This document shows positions 43,636-58,017 of a stretch of DNA of 64,000 nucleotides, piece after piece. The notes beneath the pieces were generated by a model. That model made no database searches and was not told the origin of the DNA. It worked only from the letters and a program-made list of their open reading frames with translations. This stretch comes from Eledone cirrhosa (taxonomy: Eukaryota), in contig OZ024743.1 in assembly GCA_964016885.1 (NCBI GenBank), forward strand, positions 160,270,001-160,334,000. The letters run 5' to 3'. The translations under genes were made by a program, and so were the position numbers. How positions within the stretch are numbered: the first letter of the stretch is position 1; every line of letters starts with the position of its first letter.

Positions 43636-44215
43636 ACACACACACACATAAAGTCTCTGTACTACGGAGGTCACACCGGAAGATATAGATCCATTTATGT
43701 AAGGAAAATCATGTGAAAGTTTTGACCAAGAAAGGGAGTATTGTACTTAGTCATTTTTTCGTAACGAAACCAAAAAGATTTTATGTTTCTCTATTTACTT
43801 CCGTAAATATATCATCAGAGACATTCATTACACAAACAAAACTGATGTGAAAAAGAGAGTAGTCTATATAGAATGGTGCGTGATCACAGGGATACTTATT
43901 TGCATATAGCAAATAGAAAATATGAACTGGAAATGGACATTTCCATATTGTGCGTGCTTGGTTGGATATATTTAATTGTATTTTCGTTTCATTTCGGGAC
44001 GAAAAAGTTTTTCTTCAGTAACGAGTTTACCCATATGTTTATTGTATATAAACATATATATGTTTATATATGTTTTCATATACGCCTCTATTATTCTTAA
44101 ACGCTGTCTTAGTGCCACTGCGGCATTCAAGACATGAACTCATAGTACTCGAATTTACCGATTCTATATAGAGTGTAACAAAAATCTAAGGAGAAACGTG
44201 TATTTTTGTTCTTAC

Positions 44216-44353
44216 CATAAAATACTCCATATTGCAATGCAGCAATAAAGAAAGCTCCAAGCGTTTGGGCTACGGTATAGGGTAGAAGCTTTGTAAATTT
44301 AGTTTTTCCTATCAGACAAAAGCTCAAAGTAACAACTGGATTAATGTGACCAC
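44216..44353 (-). CDS. Aquaglyceroporin exon 3 (first NPA box, here NPV)
   Basis: ttcacag|GT...TAT G|gtaag; 138 nt; GGHINPVVTLSFCLIGKTKFTKLLPYTVAQTLGAFFIAALQYGVFY; MIP signature; in phase with neighbouring exons. Confidence 0.95.
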
Positions 44354-44644
44354 CTGTGAATATATTGAACATTATATTAATGAACATTTATTGTGAAAAG
44401 CAAAGGAAGATAGTCAAAGAATTACAGTGTCTTATTACATTTTAGAATAGTGTCTGAGAGCAAATGACACTCATAAAGTTCAATTGGTTTAACAGATTAC
44501 CTCAACTGTAGAATATTATTAATACGTATCTAGGCCAATACGGGAAATCCTACATTATCCAGCTAAACATAACAGACACTTCTTTCTCTTTCTTACAGTC
44601 ATTCAAAGAAATATCCATCGTTTGTAAAATGGGATAGCATTATT

Positions 44645-44825
44645 TGGCAGTATCGGTAGAGGGTCGGACGCCGTGCTTTCCAGCATAGTTACGTCCCTTT
44701 ACGATCTGAGTTCAAATCCCGCCGAGGTTGACTTTGCCTTTTATCCTTACAGGGTCGATAAAATAAAGTACCAGTAATGCACTGGGTAATTACTGGCCTT
44801 GTGCCTAAAGTAGAAACAATTATTA
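44645..44825 (+). mobile_element. SINE, full length
   Basis: Same family; A/B boxes, central domain, TTA tail. Confidence 0.88.
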
Positions 44826-45216
44826 GACTGAGGGAAGATGCCCCAGAGTGCGTTCTGCATACTAAATACTCATACGGCAGGATTTCACATATATAAGTTC
44901 GTGAATTGAAAATATTCGGTTAACTGTAATTATCCATAAATTAGGAAAAAAATATTTTCGGTAGGCATGACAAAAGTTTCAAGACAAAATGTAAGGAAAG
45001 TTGTGAATCCTAAAAGAACAGCCAATAGAATCTTTTGTAAAATAATGGTGGGAATGAATCTTGTTTTTACTGTCAATTGAGAAAGCAACGGATACGCTTC
45101 CTTCTTATGCTATACTCACTTAAATATTTCTAGAAGAAGGTATATAAAATAAAATAGAGGGAATGTAATAAGAAAAAAATATGAATATTAATGATTTGGC
45201 TTGAGGATTGTCTTAC

Positions 45217-45328
45217 CTGAAACCTGTCCAGCAATGATAATTGCAATACACAAACCTATTCCAGCGGATATGTTATGATTTACGTTTCTTTTCAATATAA
45301 CTTCGGCGTTCCAACCAAATACAAATGC
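45217..45328 (-). CDS. Aquaglyceroporin (AQP3/7/9/10-like), exon equivalent to vertebrate exon 2
   Basis: tttcag|GCA...TCA G|gtaag; 112 nt; reads AFVFGWNAEVILKRNVNHNISAGIGLCIAIIIAGQVS-G, matching the AQP3 '...IAGQVSG' exon end and phase. Confidence 0.9.
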
Positions 45329-45739
45329 CTGAAACATGATAATACTTTTAGTTCAGCTTATTTGAGATTATGTTCACATTTCTCTACTAATTCTATCCTA
45401 GTACATTATTGCTATTCAATGGAAGCACTAGAGCTTGATATTGTTTTCTATTTACAACTAGTAGTAACATTTAACTTTTCAAATGAATAAGGAGATCCAG
45501 TTTTCCTACTTTTCTCAAAAGACGTGAAGTGATGTAAAAAAAAACTGAATTGCATTGATTTGCCTCGTCGACAGTGTGTCTCATATATATTGTAAACAGA
45601 TTCAAGGAGATATTTTAAAGTCTGCATCAGCTTAATATTTTCATCAGATGAAATAATATGTCCCTGCAAGTTTAAAAAATCTAGCAGAAACCGGAATCAG
45701 TGTTATTTCTATGAAGTGGGTTTGTGTTTGCTCCAAACA

Positions 45740-47790
45740 CAAACCCACTACATAGAAATAACACTGATTCCGGTTTCTGCTAGATTCTTGCTCCTTTCCC
45801 ACTATTTCCCCCTCTTCAACAAACATGACTTCATCCAGAATAAGCAGTATAAATGCACGTGACCTGGGATCGTCTTGGAAGCATGGTCACCTGCTCAACG
45901 ACCACAAGTCAAGGAATATGTGTTGGCCATCAACGAGGCCAGAAATTCCGTCGTACGAACTTTTGCACCCATCTTCGGCGGCTACATGGTCTAAGCATCT
46001 CCAAGAAGGCGGAGACAATATGTTATTTCGGAAAGGCCAGGATTTCGTGATACGGATCATATTCTTGGATTCAGAAGGTAAGTTGGTGGCGCTGGACGTG
46101 ACCAGCAGCGAAGGCTCTGCTTTTAGGGTAGTTGCTGCCTATGCCCCAACAGTGGCAGAACTGCCTGATTTCTTCAGACGCCATGAAACGTATCTAGACA
46201 CGTCCCGCTCTTTTGTGTTACTGAGGGACTGGAACAGTATCTTGGATGCACGCTGGGACTGTATGGGACTAGCAGATAGGGGAGGCTGTAAAAGCCTCGC
46301 CACCCTACTCAGACACTTCCCAATGTCTGACAGGTATCGACTGTATTTCCCGGATATATCCATGTGGACATGGACAAACCGCATCTGGACATCTGGATCG
46401 AACATAGATTGGGTATTCTGATAGAAATAGAAAAGTTTAGTATCACTTGTCCACATTACAAAGTAATCGACTACACAGACCATAGGTTTGTGGTCTGTGT
46501 GGTCAATCTACATAGGCTTCATAAACAGGGACCTGGGTACTGGAAGCTAAACGCATCATTCCCGGTGCGCAAAGACTACAAATACTGGATTAGCAAATTA
46601 GTTAAGTGAGAGTTGGCGGAAGTAATCGTCAACAATAATGGTGATTCGTCCAAAAAGGGCTATTAGCGCAGAATCGATGAAGTTTAGTAAGGTTGTAACA
46701 ATAAAGAAATCTGGAGTAGATGGATATCTAGTTAGAAAACTAGAAGAAACACAGCCAACGAACACGTGGTGAGATTGGCCCTGGACCAATTATTCAATGC
46801 TAAGCATGAAGGTTGTCAGAGCCTTAGGCGCGTGATCTTACACATTGAGCGGACGAAAGCCGTTCAATGGGCCCGAGTGACGGATATGTGGCGCGGCCAG
46901 AAAGCTACAATTTCGACTTCTGCGGACGCTGACGAGCGCATGGTACTTGATCCCAGGCAGATGTGTGAGTGTTACTTCACTCACATGTTGGAAGTAGTGG
47001 TGGGTCGGATCAGGGATGGATTTCAAAGGCTTTCTCGATGGCCTACTGCAGCTTTCGGCGAGTGAAGCGGAGTGTTGTAAAAAAACATTAACAGCCGAGG
47101 AAATATGAAATGCAATGGCTGGCTACAAGAGGGGCGAATCCTCTGGCTTAGAAGGTCTGCCCTACATGCTTTACACAAACCTGCCAGACTTGTTCGGCGA
47201 CAACGTAGCTGACGCCTACGCCAACTTACAGCAGAAGGGTGAATTCCCGGTTCTGTGAGTCGAGGGGTGGTAACGCCGCTGAGATAGGACCAAAGTATGG
47301 GGAACTATATAGACAAGTTCAGGCACACAACTCTGCTAAACGCAGAGTTTTAAATTTAAAGACAGGACCATCCACGACAACTTCCACATCATGCAATACA
47401 TCATAGAGAGGGTGTCTAAAGAACCTGGCACGGGTGGGGCCCTGATCAATTTAGATCAATCAAAGGCTTTCGATAAGGTCGACCATCGCTGCCTTGCGGC
47501 CATCCTCAATGCACAGCGACATCTGCTCTGTGGTTAGAGTGAACGATCATCTTTCGGAACCATTCAACACCATGCGCTTAGTCCACCAAGGTTATCCCCT
47601 CACGTCCGATTTGTATGTATTAACTCTAGGATGTCGGAAATCCCTGTCAGCATATGCCGACTCCGTACATATTGAGATGATCGGCATCTTTCTGAGGGAG
47701 TACGAAGCGGCAACAGGAGCAAAAATTAACCAGGAAAAGTCAGTGAATTTGCAGCTCGGCACGTGGAGAAGAGACAAGAACACGTTAAGA
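45740..47790 (+). mobile_element. Second, more decayed Tx1/L1-clade LINE
   Basis: SSINARDL, RDWNSILDARWD, TDH, PGYWKLN, LDQSKAFD, QGYPL, YAD; homologous to 4317-8062 with internal deletions. Confidence 0.88.
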
Positions 47791-47829
47791 ACGAAAATAA
47801 ATTTGGTTTATATATGTACTTGGGAAATA

Positions 47830-48013
47830 TAATAATTGTTTCTACTTTAGGCACAAGGCCAGCAATTACCCAGTGCATTACTGGTACTTTATTTTATCGA
47901 CCCCGTAAGGATGAAAGGCAAAGTCAACCTCGGCGGGATTTGAACTCAGATCGTAAAGGGACGAAACTATGCTGGAAAGCATGGCGTCCGACCCTCTACC
48001 GATACTGCCAATC
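47830..48013 (-). mobile_element. SINE, full length
   Basis: Reverse complement of the 44645-44825 family. Confidence 0.88.
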
Positions 48014-49709
48014 TATAATGATAAACAGTTATGTAATATTAACATTTTATTTGGGAATGGATAATTATATCAAAATATAATCATCATCGAATATCTAAAT
48101 TGAAGCGAGAATTAATAATGTGATTATAAGGATTTCTTAATTAGATTAAATTACTTATTATTCATCGAGTTCATTTATTGTTCTTCTAGTTAATTTCTAA
48201 ATAGATATGACGTTTTTCGCTAATAATTGATAGAGAGGCTATCAATTCATCTGTTTTGCTGAAAGGCATTCTACTGATATATCAATTATAATATATAACA
48301 GACCAGCTAACCAGGAGAATCAAAGTCTGTGGAAGTGGTATCACGAGAAACAGAGAAAGAAGTCAGTCTTTAGTGGACCAGAAGGTTAAAATAAACAAGA
48401 ATTCTAATGTTAACACCTGTGGATTAATTTCCTCTTAGTTAAATTTTTTACTCTCCATTAGGGTAAACATTGATAACTTATGATAAGGAAAATGAAAAGA
48501 AGCAATTGAAAAAGAGGCAGGAGTTGAAATAAGATAGAAGAAGGATTGTTGAGTAGGAATAAATTACATTACAGATATCATGTCGAGTGTTTTGACTTCG
48601 CTACAGATTTCCTTCCGGCATTTAACTTTCATATAATGTTAAGGCTGAAATTGATTTCTCTAACAAATGTAGATTTAGTTAATCTCCATGGCTCGTGTGA
48701 CATTAAGACTGCTTACGGAAATAAGTAGTTATAGGTGCTGAGGGAAAAGGAATAAATTAGTAACAATTATCTAACTTTCCGTAATCTCAAGACGGAAGAA
48801 ATAAATGAAATATATAACGGAAATGTTTATTTTATTTACAAATGAAAATTTGATGTATTAAATTTGTTATTTTCCTAAACTCCTCCCAGTTATTTGAAAT
48901 CAGCATGAAATGAGACGGTAATTAGTTAAATTAATAATCAAAATAAAAACGACTGGATGGAAATGGAATTTCCAATGTTCCTCTTGTTTAGCTCAGGTCA
49001 ACCATGCTCTTGTAGACACAATGATCATTATTTAAAAAGCTTGACAATGCTGTCTTTTAAGTCCTATCTCGAACAAAAGTACTTAATGTGTCTTTAGATT
49101 GTTTATGACTGGAGAATGTGATAGAAGCGATGTATATTTGTTCAAACAACCAGATGCGCACGCGTGAGTACATGATATAGTTAAAATGTTATAGAAACAA
49201 CTGAATACCTAAAATGAATATATGGCTCGATCTGTAACAGATATAGCTTCCACTAACAAGAAGTAAAATACATGATAGCCCGACATGCAATAAATAACAG
49301 CCAAATCTCTGTCCAACCATAGCTTAGTGTCTTTAGAAATGAATAACAGCCACTGTAATCATAGATATACAAAATGACAGGATAGTCATGACTGCATCAC
49401 CTTTAGACATATTTATACTTGATAAGCCTTTTATCGAGAGGCTTTCTACGGATATATCAATTATGGTATATGATTTATTTTACCCATTTCGATGTCTGAC
49501 ATGTGATTGTAATTTGGTTGAACATTTCAAGCAAGAGACCTGCTTCTTCAAAGACCGGAGAAATTGTACAATAGTTATAAGTTGAATTTTTTTTACAAAA
49601 GCTATTGGGTATGGGATGAATTCCCAGAATACGTATTGATATTAGTGTTTCGAGTAGGGCACTAGAAGTAAGCAGAATATGAGTAAAAAGGCAGGAGAGC
49701 TTAATGTGG

Positions 49710-52700
49710 CCAGAGCATCTATGGGGAAGTAATACACGTCCAGCTAGCTACATAGATGAGAGTACCTATGGGGAAGTAACACATGTCCAGCTAGCTACAT
49801 AGACCAGAGTACCTATGGGTAAGTAATACATGTCCAGCTAGCTACATAGACCATCGTACCTATGGGTAAGTAATACATGTCCAGCTAGCTACATAGACCA
49901 TCGTACCTATGGGTAAGTAATACATGTCCAGCTAGCTACATAGACCAGAGTACCTATGGGGAAGTAATACATGTCCAGCTAGCTACATAGATCAGAGTAC
50001 CTATGGGGAAGTACTACATGTCCAGCTAGCTACATAGATCAGAGTACCTATGGGGAAGTAATACATGTCCAGCTAGCTACATAGACCAGAGTACCTATGG
50101 GTAAGTAATACATGTCCAGCTAGCTACAGAGACTAGAGTACCTATGGGGAAGTAATACATGTCCAGCTAGCTACATAGACTAGAGTACTTATGGGGAAGT
50201 AATACATGTCCAGCTAGCTACATAGACTAGAGTACGTATGGGGAAGTAATACATGTCCAGCTAGCTACAGAGACCAGAGTACCTATGGGGAAGTAATACA
50301 TGACCAGCTAGCTACATAGACCAGAGTACCTATGGGGAAGTAATACATGACCAGCTAGCTACATAGACCAGAGTACCTATGGGGAAGTAATACATGACCA
50401 GCTAGCTACAGAGACCAGAGTACCTATGGGGAAGTAATACATGTCCAGCTAGCTACAGAGACCAGAGTACCTATGGGGAAGTAATACATGTCCAGCTAGC
50501 TACAGAGACCAGAGTACCTATGGGGAAGTAATACATGACCAGCTAGCTACAGAGACCAGAGTACCTATGGGGAAGTAATACATGTCCAGCTAGCTACAGA
50601 GACCAGAGTACCTATGGGGAAGTAATACATGTCCAGCTAGCTACAGAGACCAGAGTACCTATGGGGAAGTAATACATGACCAGCTAGCTACAGAGACCAG
50701 AGTACCTATGGGGAAGTAATACATGTCCAGCTAGCTACAGAGACCAGAGTACGTATGGGGAAGTAATACATGTCCAGCTAGCTACATAGACTAGAGTACC
50801 TATGGGGAAGTAATACATGTCCAGCTAGCTACATAGACTAGAGTACCTATGGGGAAGTAATACATGTCCAGCTAGCTACATAGACTAGAGTACGTATGGG
50901 GAAGTAATACATGTCCAGCTAGCTACATAGACTAGAGTACCTATGGGGAAGTAATACATGTCCAGCTAGCTACATAGACTAGAGTACCTATGGGGAAGTA
51001 ATACATGTCCAGCTAGCTACATAGACTAGAGTACCTATGGGGAAGTAATACATGTCCAGCTAGCTACATAGACTAGAGTACCTATGGGGAAGTAATACAT
51101 GTCCAGCTAGCTACATAGACTAGAGTACGTATGGGGAAGTAATACATGTCCAGCTAGCTACATAGACTAGAGTACCTATGGGGAAGTAATACATGTCCAG
51201 CTAGCTACATAGACTAGAGTACCTATGGGGAAGTACTACATGTCCAGCTAGCTACATAGATCAGAGTACCTATGGGGAAGTAATACATGTCCAGCTAGCT
51301 ACATAGACCAGAGTACCTATGGGGAAGTAATACACGTCCAGCTAGCTATATAGACTAGAGTACCTATGGGGGAGGTAATACATGTCCAGCTAGCTACATA
51401 GACCAGAGTACATATGGGAAAGTAATACATGTCCAGCTAGCTACATAGACCAGAGTACCTATGGGGAAGTAATACACGTCCAGCTAGCTACATAGATCAG
51501 AGTACCTATGGGGGAGGTAATACATGTCCAGCTAGCTACATAGACCAGAGTACCTCTGGGGAAGTAACACATGTCCAGCTAGCTACATAGATGAGAGTAC
51601 CTATGGGTAAGTAATACATGTCCAGCTAGCTACATAGACCAGAGTACCTATGGGGAAGTAATACATGTCCAGCTAGCTACATAGACCAGAGTACATATGG
51701 GGAAGTAATACATGTCCAGCTAGCTACATAGACCAGAGTACCTATGGGGAGGTAATACATGTCCAGCTAGCTACATAGATCAGAGTACCTATGGGGAAGT
51801 ACTACATGTCCAGCTAGCTACATAGACCAGAGTACCTATGGGGAAGTAATACATGTCCAGCTAGCTACAGAGACTAGAGTACCTATGGGGAGGTAATACA
51901 TGTCCAGCTAGCTACATAGACCTGAGTACCTATGGGGAAGTAATACATGTCCAGCTAGCTACATAGACTAGAGTACATATGGGGAAGTAATTCATGTCCA
52001 ACTAGCTACATAGACTAGAGTACATATGGGGAAGTAATTCATGTCCAGCTAGCTACATAGACCAGAGTACCTATGGGGAAGTAATTCATGTCCAGCTAGC
52101 TACATAGACTAGAGTACCTATGGGGAAGTAATTCATGTCCAGCTAGCTACATAGATGAGAGTACCTATGGGGAAGTAATACATGTCCAGCTAGCTACATA
52201 GACCAGAGTACCTATGGGGAAGTAATACATGTCCAGCTAGCTACATAGACCAGAGTACCTATGGGGAAGTAATACATGTCCAGCTAGCTACATAGATCAG
52301 AGTACCTATGGGGAAGTAATACATGTCCAGCTAGCTACATAGACTAGAGTACGTATGGGGAGGTAATACATGTCCAGCTAGCTACATAGACTAGAGTACC
52401 TATGGGGAAGTAATACATGTCCAGCTAGCTACATAGACCAGAGTACCTATGGGTAAGTAATACATGTCCAGCTAGCTACATAGACCAGAGTACCTATGGG
52501 GAAGTAATACATGTCGAGCTAGCTACATAGACTAGAGTACATATGGGGAAGTACTACATGTCCAGCTAGCTACATAGACCAGAGTACCTATGGGGAAGTA
52601 ATACATGTCCAGCTAGCTACATAGACCAGAGTACATATGGGGAAGTAATACATGTCCAGCTAGCTACATAGACCAGAGTACATATGGGGAAGTAACACAT

Positions 52701-55700
52701 GTCAAGCTAGCTACATAGACTAGAGTACCTATAGGGAAGTAATACATGTCCAGCTAGCTACATAGACTAGAGTCCCTATGGGGAAGTAATACACGTCCAG
52801 CTAGCTACATAGACTAGAGTACCTATGGGGAAGTAATACATGTCCAGCTAGCTACATAGACTAGAGTACCTATGGGGAAGTAATACATGTCCAGCTAGCT
52901 ACATAGACTAGAGTACCTATGGGGAAGTAATACATGTCCAGCTAGCTACATATACTAGAGTACCTATGGGGAAGTAATACATGTCCAGCTAGCTACATAG
53001 ATCAGAGTACCTATGGGGAAGTAATACATGTCCAGCTAGCTACATAGACTAGAGTACATATGGGGAAGTAATACATGTCCAACTAGCTACATAGACCAGA
53101 GTACCTATGGGGAAGTAATACATGTCCAGCTAGCTACATATACTAGAGTACCTATGGGGAAGTAATACATGTCCAGCTAGCTACATAGACCAGAGTACCT
53201 ATGGGGAAGTAATACATGTCCAGCTAGCTACAGAGACCAGAGTACCTATGGGGAAGTAATACATGTCCAGCTAGCTACATAGACTAGAGTACCTATAGGG
53301 AAGTAATACATGTCCAGCTAGCTACATAGACTAGAGTCCCTATGGGGAAGTAATACACGTCCAGCTAGCTACATAGACTAGAGTACCTATGGGGAAGTAA
53401 TACATGTCCAGCTAGCTACATAGACTAGAGTACCTATGGGGAAGTAATACATGTCCAGCTAGCTACATAGACTAGAGTACCTATGGGGAAGTAATACATG
53501 TCCAGCTAGCTACATATACTAGAGTACCTATGGGGAAGTAATACATGTCCAGCTAGCTACATAGATCAGAGTACCTATGGGGAAGTAATACATGTCCAGC
53601 TAGCTACATAGACTAGAGTACATATGGGGAAGTAATACATGTCCAGCTAGCTACATAGACCAGAGTACCTATGGGGAAGTAATACATGTCCAGCTAGCTA
53701 CATATACTAGAGTACATATGGGGAAGTAATACATGTCCAGCTAGCTACATAGACCAGAGTACCTATGGGGAAGTAATACATGTCCAGCTAGCTACATATA
53801 CTAGAGTACCTATGGGGAAGTAATACATGTCCAGCTAGCTACATAGACCAGAGTACCTATGGGGAAGTAATACATGTCCAGCTAGCTACAGAGACCAGAG
53901 TACCTATGGGGAAGTAATACATGTCCAGCTAGCTACAGAGACCAGAGTACCTATGGGGAAGTAATACATGTCCAGCTAGCTACAGAGACCAGAGTACACA
54001 TGGGGAAGTAATACATGTCCAGCTAGCTACATAGACTAGAGTACCTATGGGGATGTAATACATGTCCAGCTAGCTACAGAGACCAGAGTACCTATGGGGA
54101 AGTAATACATGTCCAGCTAGCTACAGAGACCAGAGTACCTATGGGGAAGTAATACATGTCCAGCTAGCTACAGAGACCAGAGTACCTATGGGGAAGTAAT
54201 ACATGTCCAGCTAGCTACAGAGACCAGAGTACATATGGGGAAGTAATACATGTCCAGCTAGCTACATAGACTAGAGTACCTATGGGGATGTAATACATGT
54301 CCAGCTAGCTACATAGACCAGAGTACATATGGGGAAGTAATACATGTCCAGCTAGCTACAGAGACCAGAGTACCTATGGGGAAGTAATACATGTCCAGCT
54401 AGCTACAGAGACCAGAGTACCTATGGGGAAGTAATACATGTCCAGCTAGCTACAGAGACCAGAGTACATATGGGGAAGTAATACATGTCCAGCTAGCTAC
54501 ATAGACTAGAGTACCTATGGGGATGTAATACATGTCCAGCTAGCTACAGAGACCAGAGTACCTATGGGGAAGTAATACATGTCCAGCTAGCTACGTAGAC
54601 TAGAGTACATATGGGGGAGGTAATACATGTCCAGCTAGCGACATAGACCAGAGTACCTATGGGGAAGTAACACATGTCCAGCTAGCTACATAGACCAGAT
54701 TACATATGGGGAAGTAACACATGTACAGCTAGCTACATAGACTAGAGTACCTATGGGGAAGTAATACATGTCCAGCTAGCTACATAGACTAGAGTACCTA
54801 TGGGGAAGTAATACATGTCCAGCTAGCTACATAGACTAGAGTACATATGGGGAAGTAATACATGTCCAGCTAGCTACATAGATGAGAGTACATATGGGGA
54901 AGTAATACATGTCCAGCTAGCTACATAGACCAGAGTACCTATGGGGAAGTAATACATGTCCAGCTAGCTACATAGACTAGAGTACCTATGGGGAAGTAAT
55001 ACATGTCCAGCTAGCTACATAGACTAGAGTACATATGGGGAGGTAATACATGTCCAGCTAGCTACATAGACTAGAGTACCTATGGGGAAGTAATACATGT
55101 CCAGCTAGCTACATAGACTAGAGTACCTATGGGGAAGTAATACATGTCCAGCGAGCTACATAGACTAGAGTACATATGGGGAGGTAATACATGTCCAGCT
55201 AGCTACATAGACTAGAGTACCTATGGGGAAGTAATACATGTCCAGCTAGCTACATAGACTAGAGTACCTATGGGGAAGTAATACATGTCCAGCTAGCTAC
55301 ATAGACTAGAGTACATATGGGGAGGTAATACATGTCCAGCTAGCTACATAGACTAGAGTACCTATGGGGAAGTAATACATGTCCAGCTAGCTACATAGAC
55401 TAGAGTACCTATGGGGAAGTAATACATGTCCAGCTAGCTACATAGACTAGAGTACATATGGGGAGGTAATACATGTCCAGCTAGCTACAGAGACTAGAGT
55501 ACCTATGGGGAAGTAATACATGTCCAGCTAGCTACATAGACCAGAGTACCTATGGGGAAGTACTACATATCCAGCTAGCTACATAGATCAGAGTACATAT
55601 GGGGAAGTAATACATGTCCAGCTAGCTACATAGACTAGAGTACATATGGGGAGGTAATACACGTCCAGCTAGCTACAGAGACTAGAGTACCTATGGGGAA

Positions 55701-56205
55701 GTAATACATGTCCAGCTAGCTACATAGACCAGAGTACCTATGGGGAAGTAATACATGTCCAGCTAGCTACATAGACTAGAGTACCTATGGGGAAGTAATA
55801 CACGTCCAGCTAGCTACATAGACTAGAGTACCTATGGGGAGGTAATACATGTCCAGTTAGCTACATAGATCAGAGTACCTATGGGGAAGTAATACATGTC
55901 CTAGCTACATAGACCAGAGTACCTATGGGGAAGTAATACATGACCAGCTAGCTACATAGACCAGAGTACATATGGGGAAGTAATACATGTCCAGCTAGCT
56001 ACATAGACCAGAGTACATATGGGGAAGTAATACATGTCCAGCTAGCTACATAGACCAGAGTACATATGGGGAAGTAATACATGTCCAGCTAGCTACATAG
56101 ATCAGAGTACCTATGGGAAAGTAATACATGTCCAGCTAGCTACATAGACCAGAGTACCTATGGGGAAGTAATACATGTCCAACTAGCTACATAGACCAGA
56201 GTACA
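49710..56205. repeat. 47-bp tandem satellite, ~138 copies
   Basis: Unit agagtacctatggggaagtaatacatgtccagctagctacatagac(c/t), head-to-tail with no spacers. Confidence 0.98.
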
Positions 56206-56969
56206 CAGACGTAGTCTCATCAGAGGCAGTCACACCAACAACCGTAAGATTTGTTTCCTAGGGAAAGAAATGCAGAGCATTTACATGTGTTCCATCATAA
56301 CTAACAAAAAAACTTATTTGTTTCAACTTTCGAAAGAACTGTGAATAATGATGTAGAATAACCATTTTTCATCTAATGAGCACTGTGTTATGACTCATTT
56401 GTGTTTCCCTATGGTTAGAATGTGTTCCATATGTGTAAGTAGAATCGAGAAATACCTGACCTTTTTGAAAACTTACGTTTTGTACTCCATCACACCGGTG
56501 ACAAATTGGAATACACACTTATTTTTGTTTTAAATCATAATTTTATTAGGATTTTTCTTTCTATAGAATATCTCTTTAAAACCTGCCATAATACATTCAA
56601 TGTACTTTAGACTGAACGATGTTAAAAATTTCTGCTGTAGCAACAAGAGGATCTCAAGAATATGAGGCTACATTATAATTCTAATTCCTAATTGGATACT
56701 ACTTAATATATAAAGTACAAAATATCAATGACTTGAATACGATTTTTAAAAGAAATGCATTTGTAATTATAAATACGAAATGTCTTATTACAAGCATTGG
56801 GATTAATATACTAAGGCGGCATTTGGGAGAGGAATGTTTATTTCCAACTAGATTCTTTCATTATTGTTTGCCATACTTGATTTGCATCTGTACCCATCTT
56901 AGATTATTTTTCAATGATAAAACGAAGTTAACTTAACTGGAGAGAATATATTTAGCAGGTTTAATATGT

Positions 56970-57990
56970 CAGTCTAACAAGAGCAGTTAAAGAGCTAATG
57001 GGGAAGATGAAAGCCTTAAATAGAGAAGGTATTCTCTGGCTGAATCGTGTGTGCTGGGTTGTCTGGAAAGGAACCAAAGCAATGGCAATCGGGAGATATA
57101 ATCCTAATTTTCAAAAAGGGAGACAAGAGAGATTGTTCCAATTACAGAGGGATCTTCTTGGTAAGCCTACCCGGTATAGTATAAGCTAAGTGTCTGGCAA
57201 AGAGATGCAGAGAGAGACTGTCGAATCCAAGCTAACGGATGATCAGTGTTGTTTTCGCCCCGTCGCAGCACAGCCGACCAAATATTCACGCTGCGGCAGG
57301 TATTCGAGAAACCCTCGGAATATTGCCAAGAAGTATATTCTTGTTTTTGTCGAGCTTGAAAAGGCATATGACCGCGTTCCTCGGGATCTGCTGTGGAAAG
57401 CTGTACAGGAGTTTTGGATTGATGGTCAACTTATTGCTGCTCTGGTGTCTCTATTCGAATGTCAGAGTATTTGTGTTCGGATAAATGGTGCTAAATCGAA
57501 ACCATTCAATGGGGGTGCCTGTGGACTCGGACTCCGCCAAAGGCTCGTACTGTCACCTCTCCCATTTACATGAACATGATGGACATGCGCAGCCGGGTTG
57601 GAAGTAGTATCACGACTGGCGGCAGTCAGCTGTAATTTACAGACGGCATGGTGTTACTTAACTCGACAGAAAATGATTGCAGACTTGCACTATATAGGTT
57701 TCATTCCGAGTGCTGCATGGCTGGAAAACTGAGAGACTTTAAGTATCTCGAAGCCATGTTCATGAGTGGTGGAAGAGAGGAGGGTGAATTAAGTGCACGA
57801 CTTGCAAGAGCTGGTGCTGTAATGCACCAGCTGGTGCTGTAATGCACCAGGTTCAGCATTCAGTAATCAGAAGAAGGGAGGTAGGCGTAAAAGCTAAACT
57901 CGCTTTCTTCAATTCAGTATTTGTGCTAATCCTTACCTATGGCCATGAATCTTTGGTAATGATCGAAAGAATATTGATAACATCCATGAC
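56970..57990 (+). mobile_element. Decayed RTE-clade LINE RT region
   Basis: PNFQKGRQERLFQLQRD (frameshifted 'KKGD..DCSNYRGI'), DQCCFRP, VFVELEKAYDRVPR, GLRQ..VLSP, FKYL, LTYGHE. Confidence 0.85.
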
Positions 57991-58017
57991 ATTGGCTGGT
58001 ATTAAATTAAAGTACTA

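Noticed and set aside
49710-56205. CRISPR array or repetitive protein gene
   Set aside because: No unique spacers and no cas genes in a eukaryotic context; the ORF track shows no ORF across the array
49640-56235. Satellite expanded inside a hammerhead stem II (CTGATGA on minus at ~56220, GAAAC at ~49650)
   Set aside because: Stem II arms match only partly and stems I and III do not form; probably chance
56440-56680. Candidate minus-strand exon 1 of the aquaglyceroporin (gtaagt donor near 56475)
   Set aside because: The phase-0 translation lacks the AEFLGT-like TM1 motif
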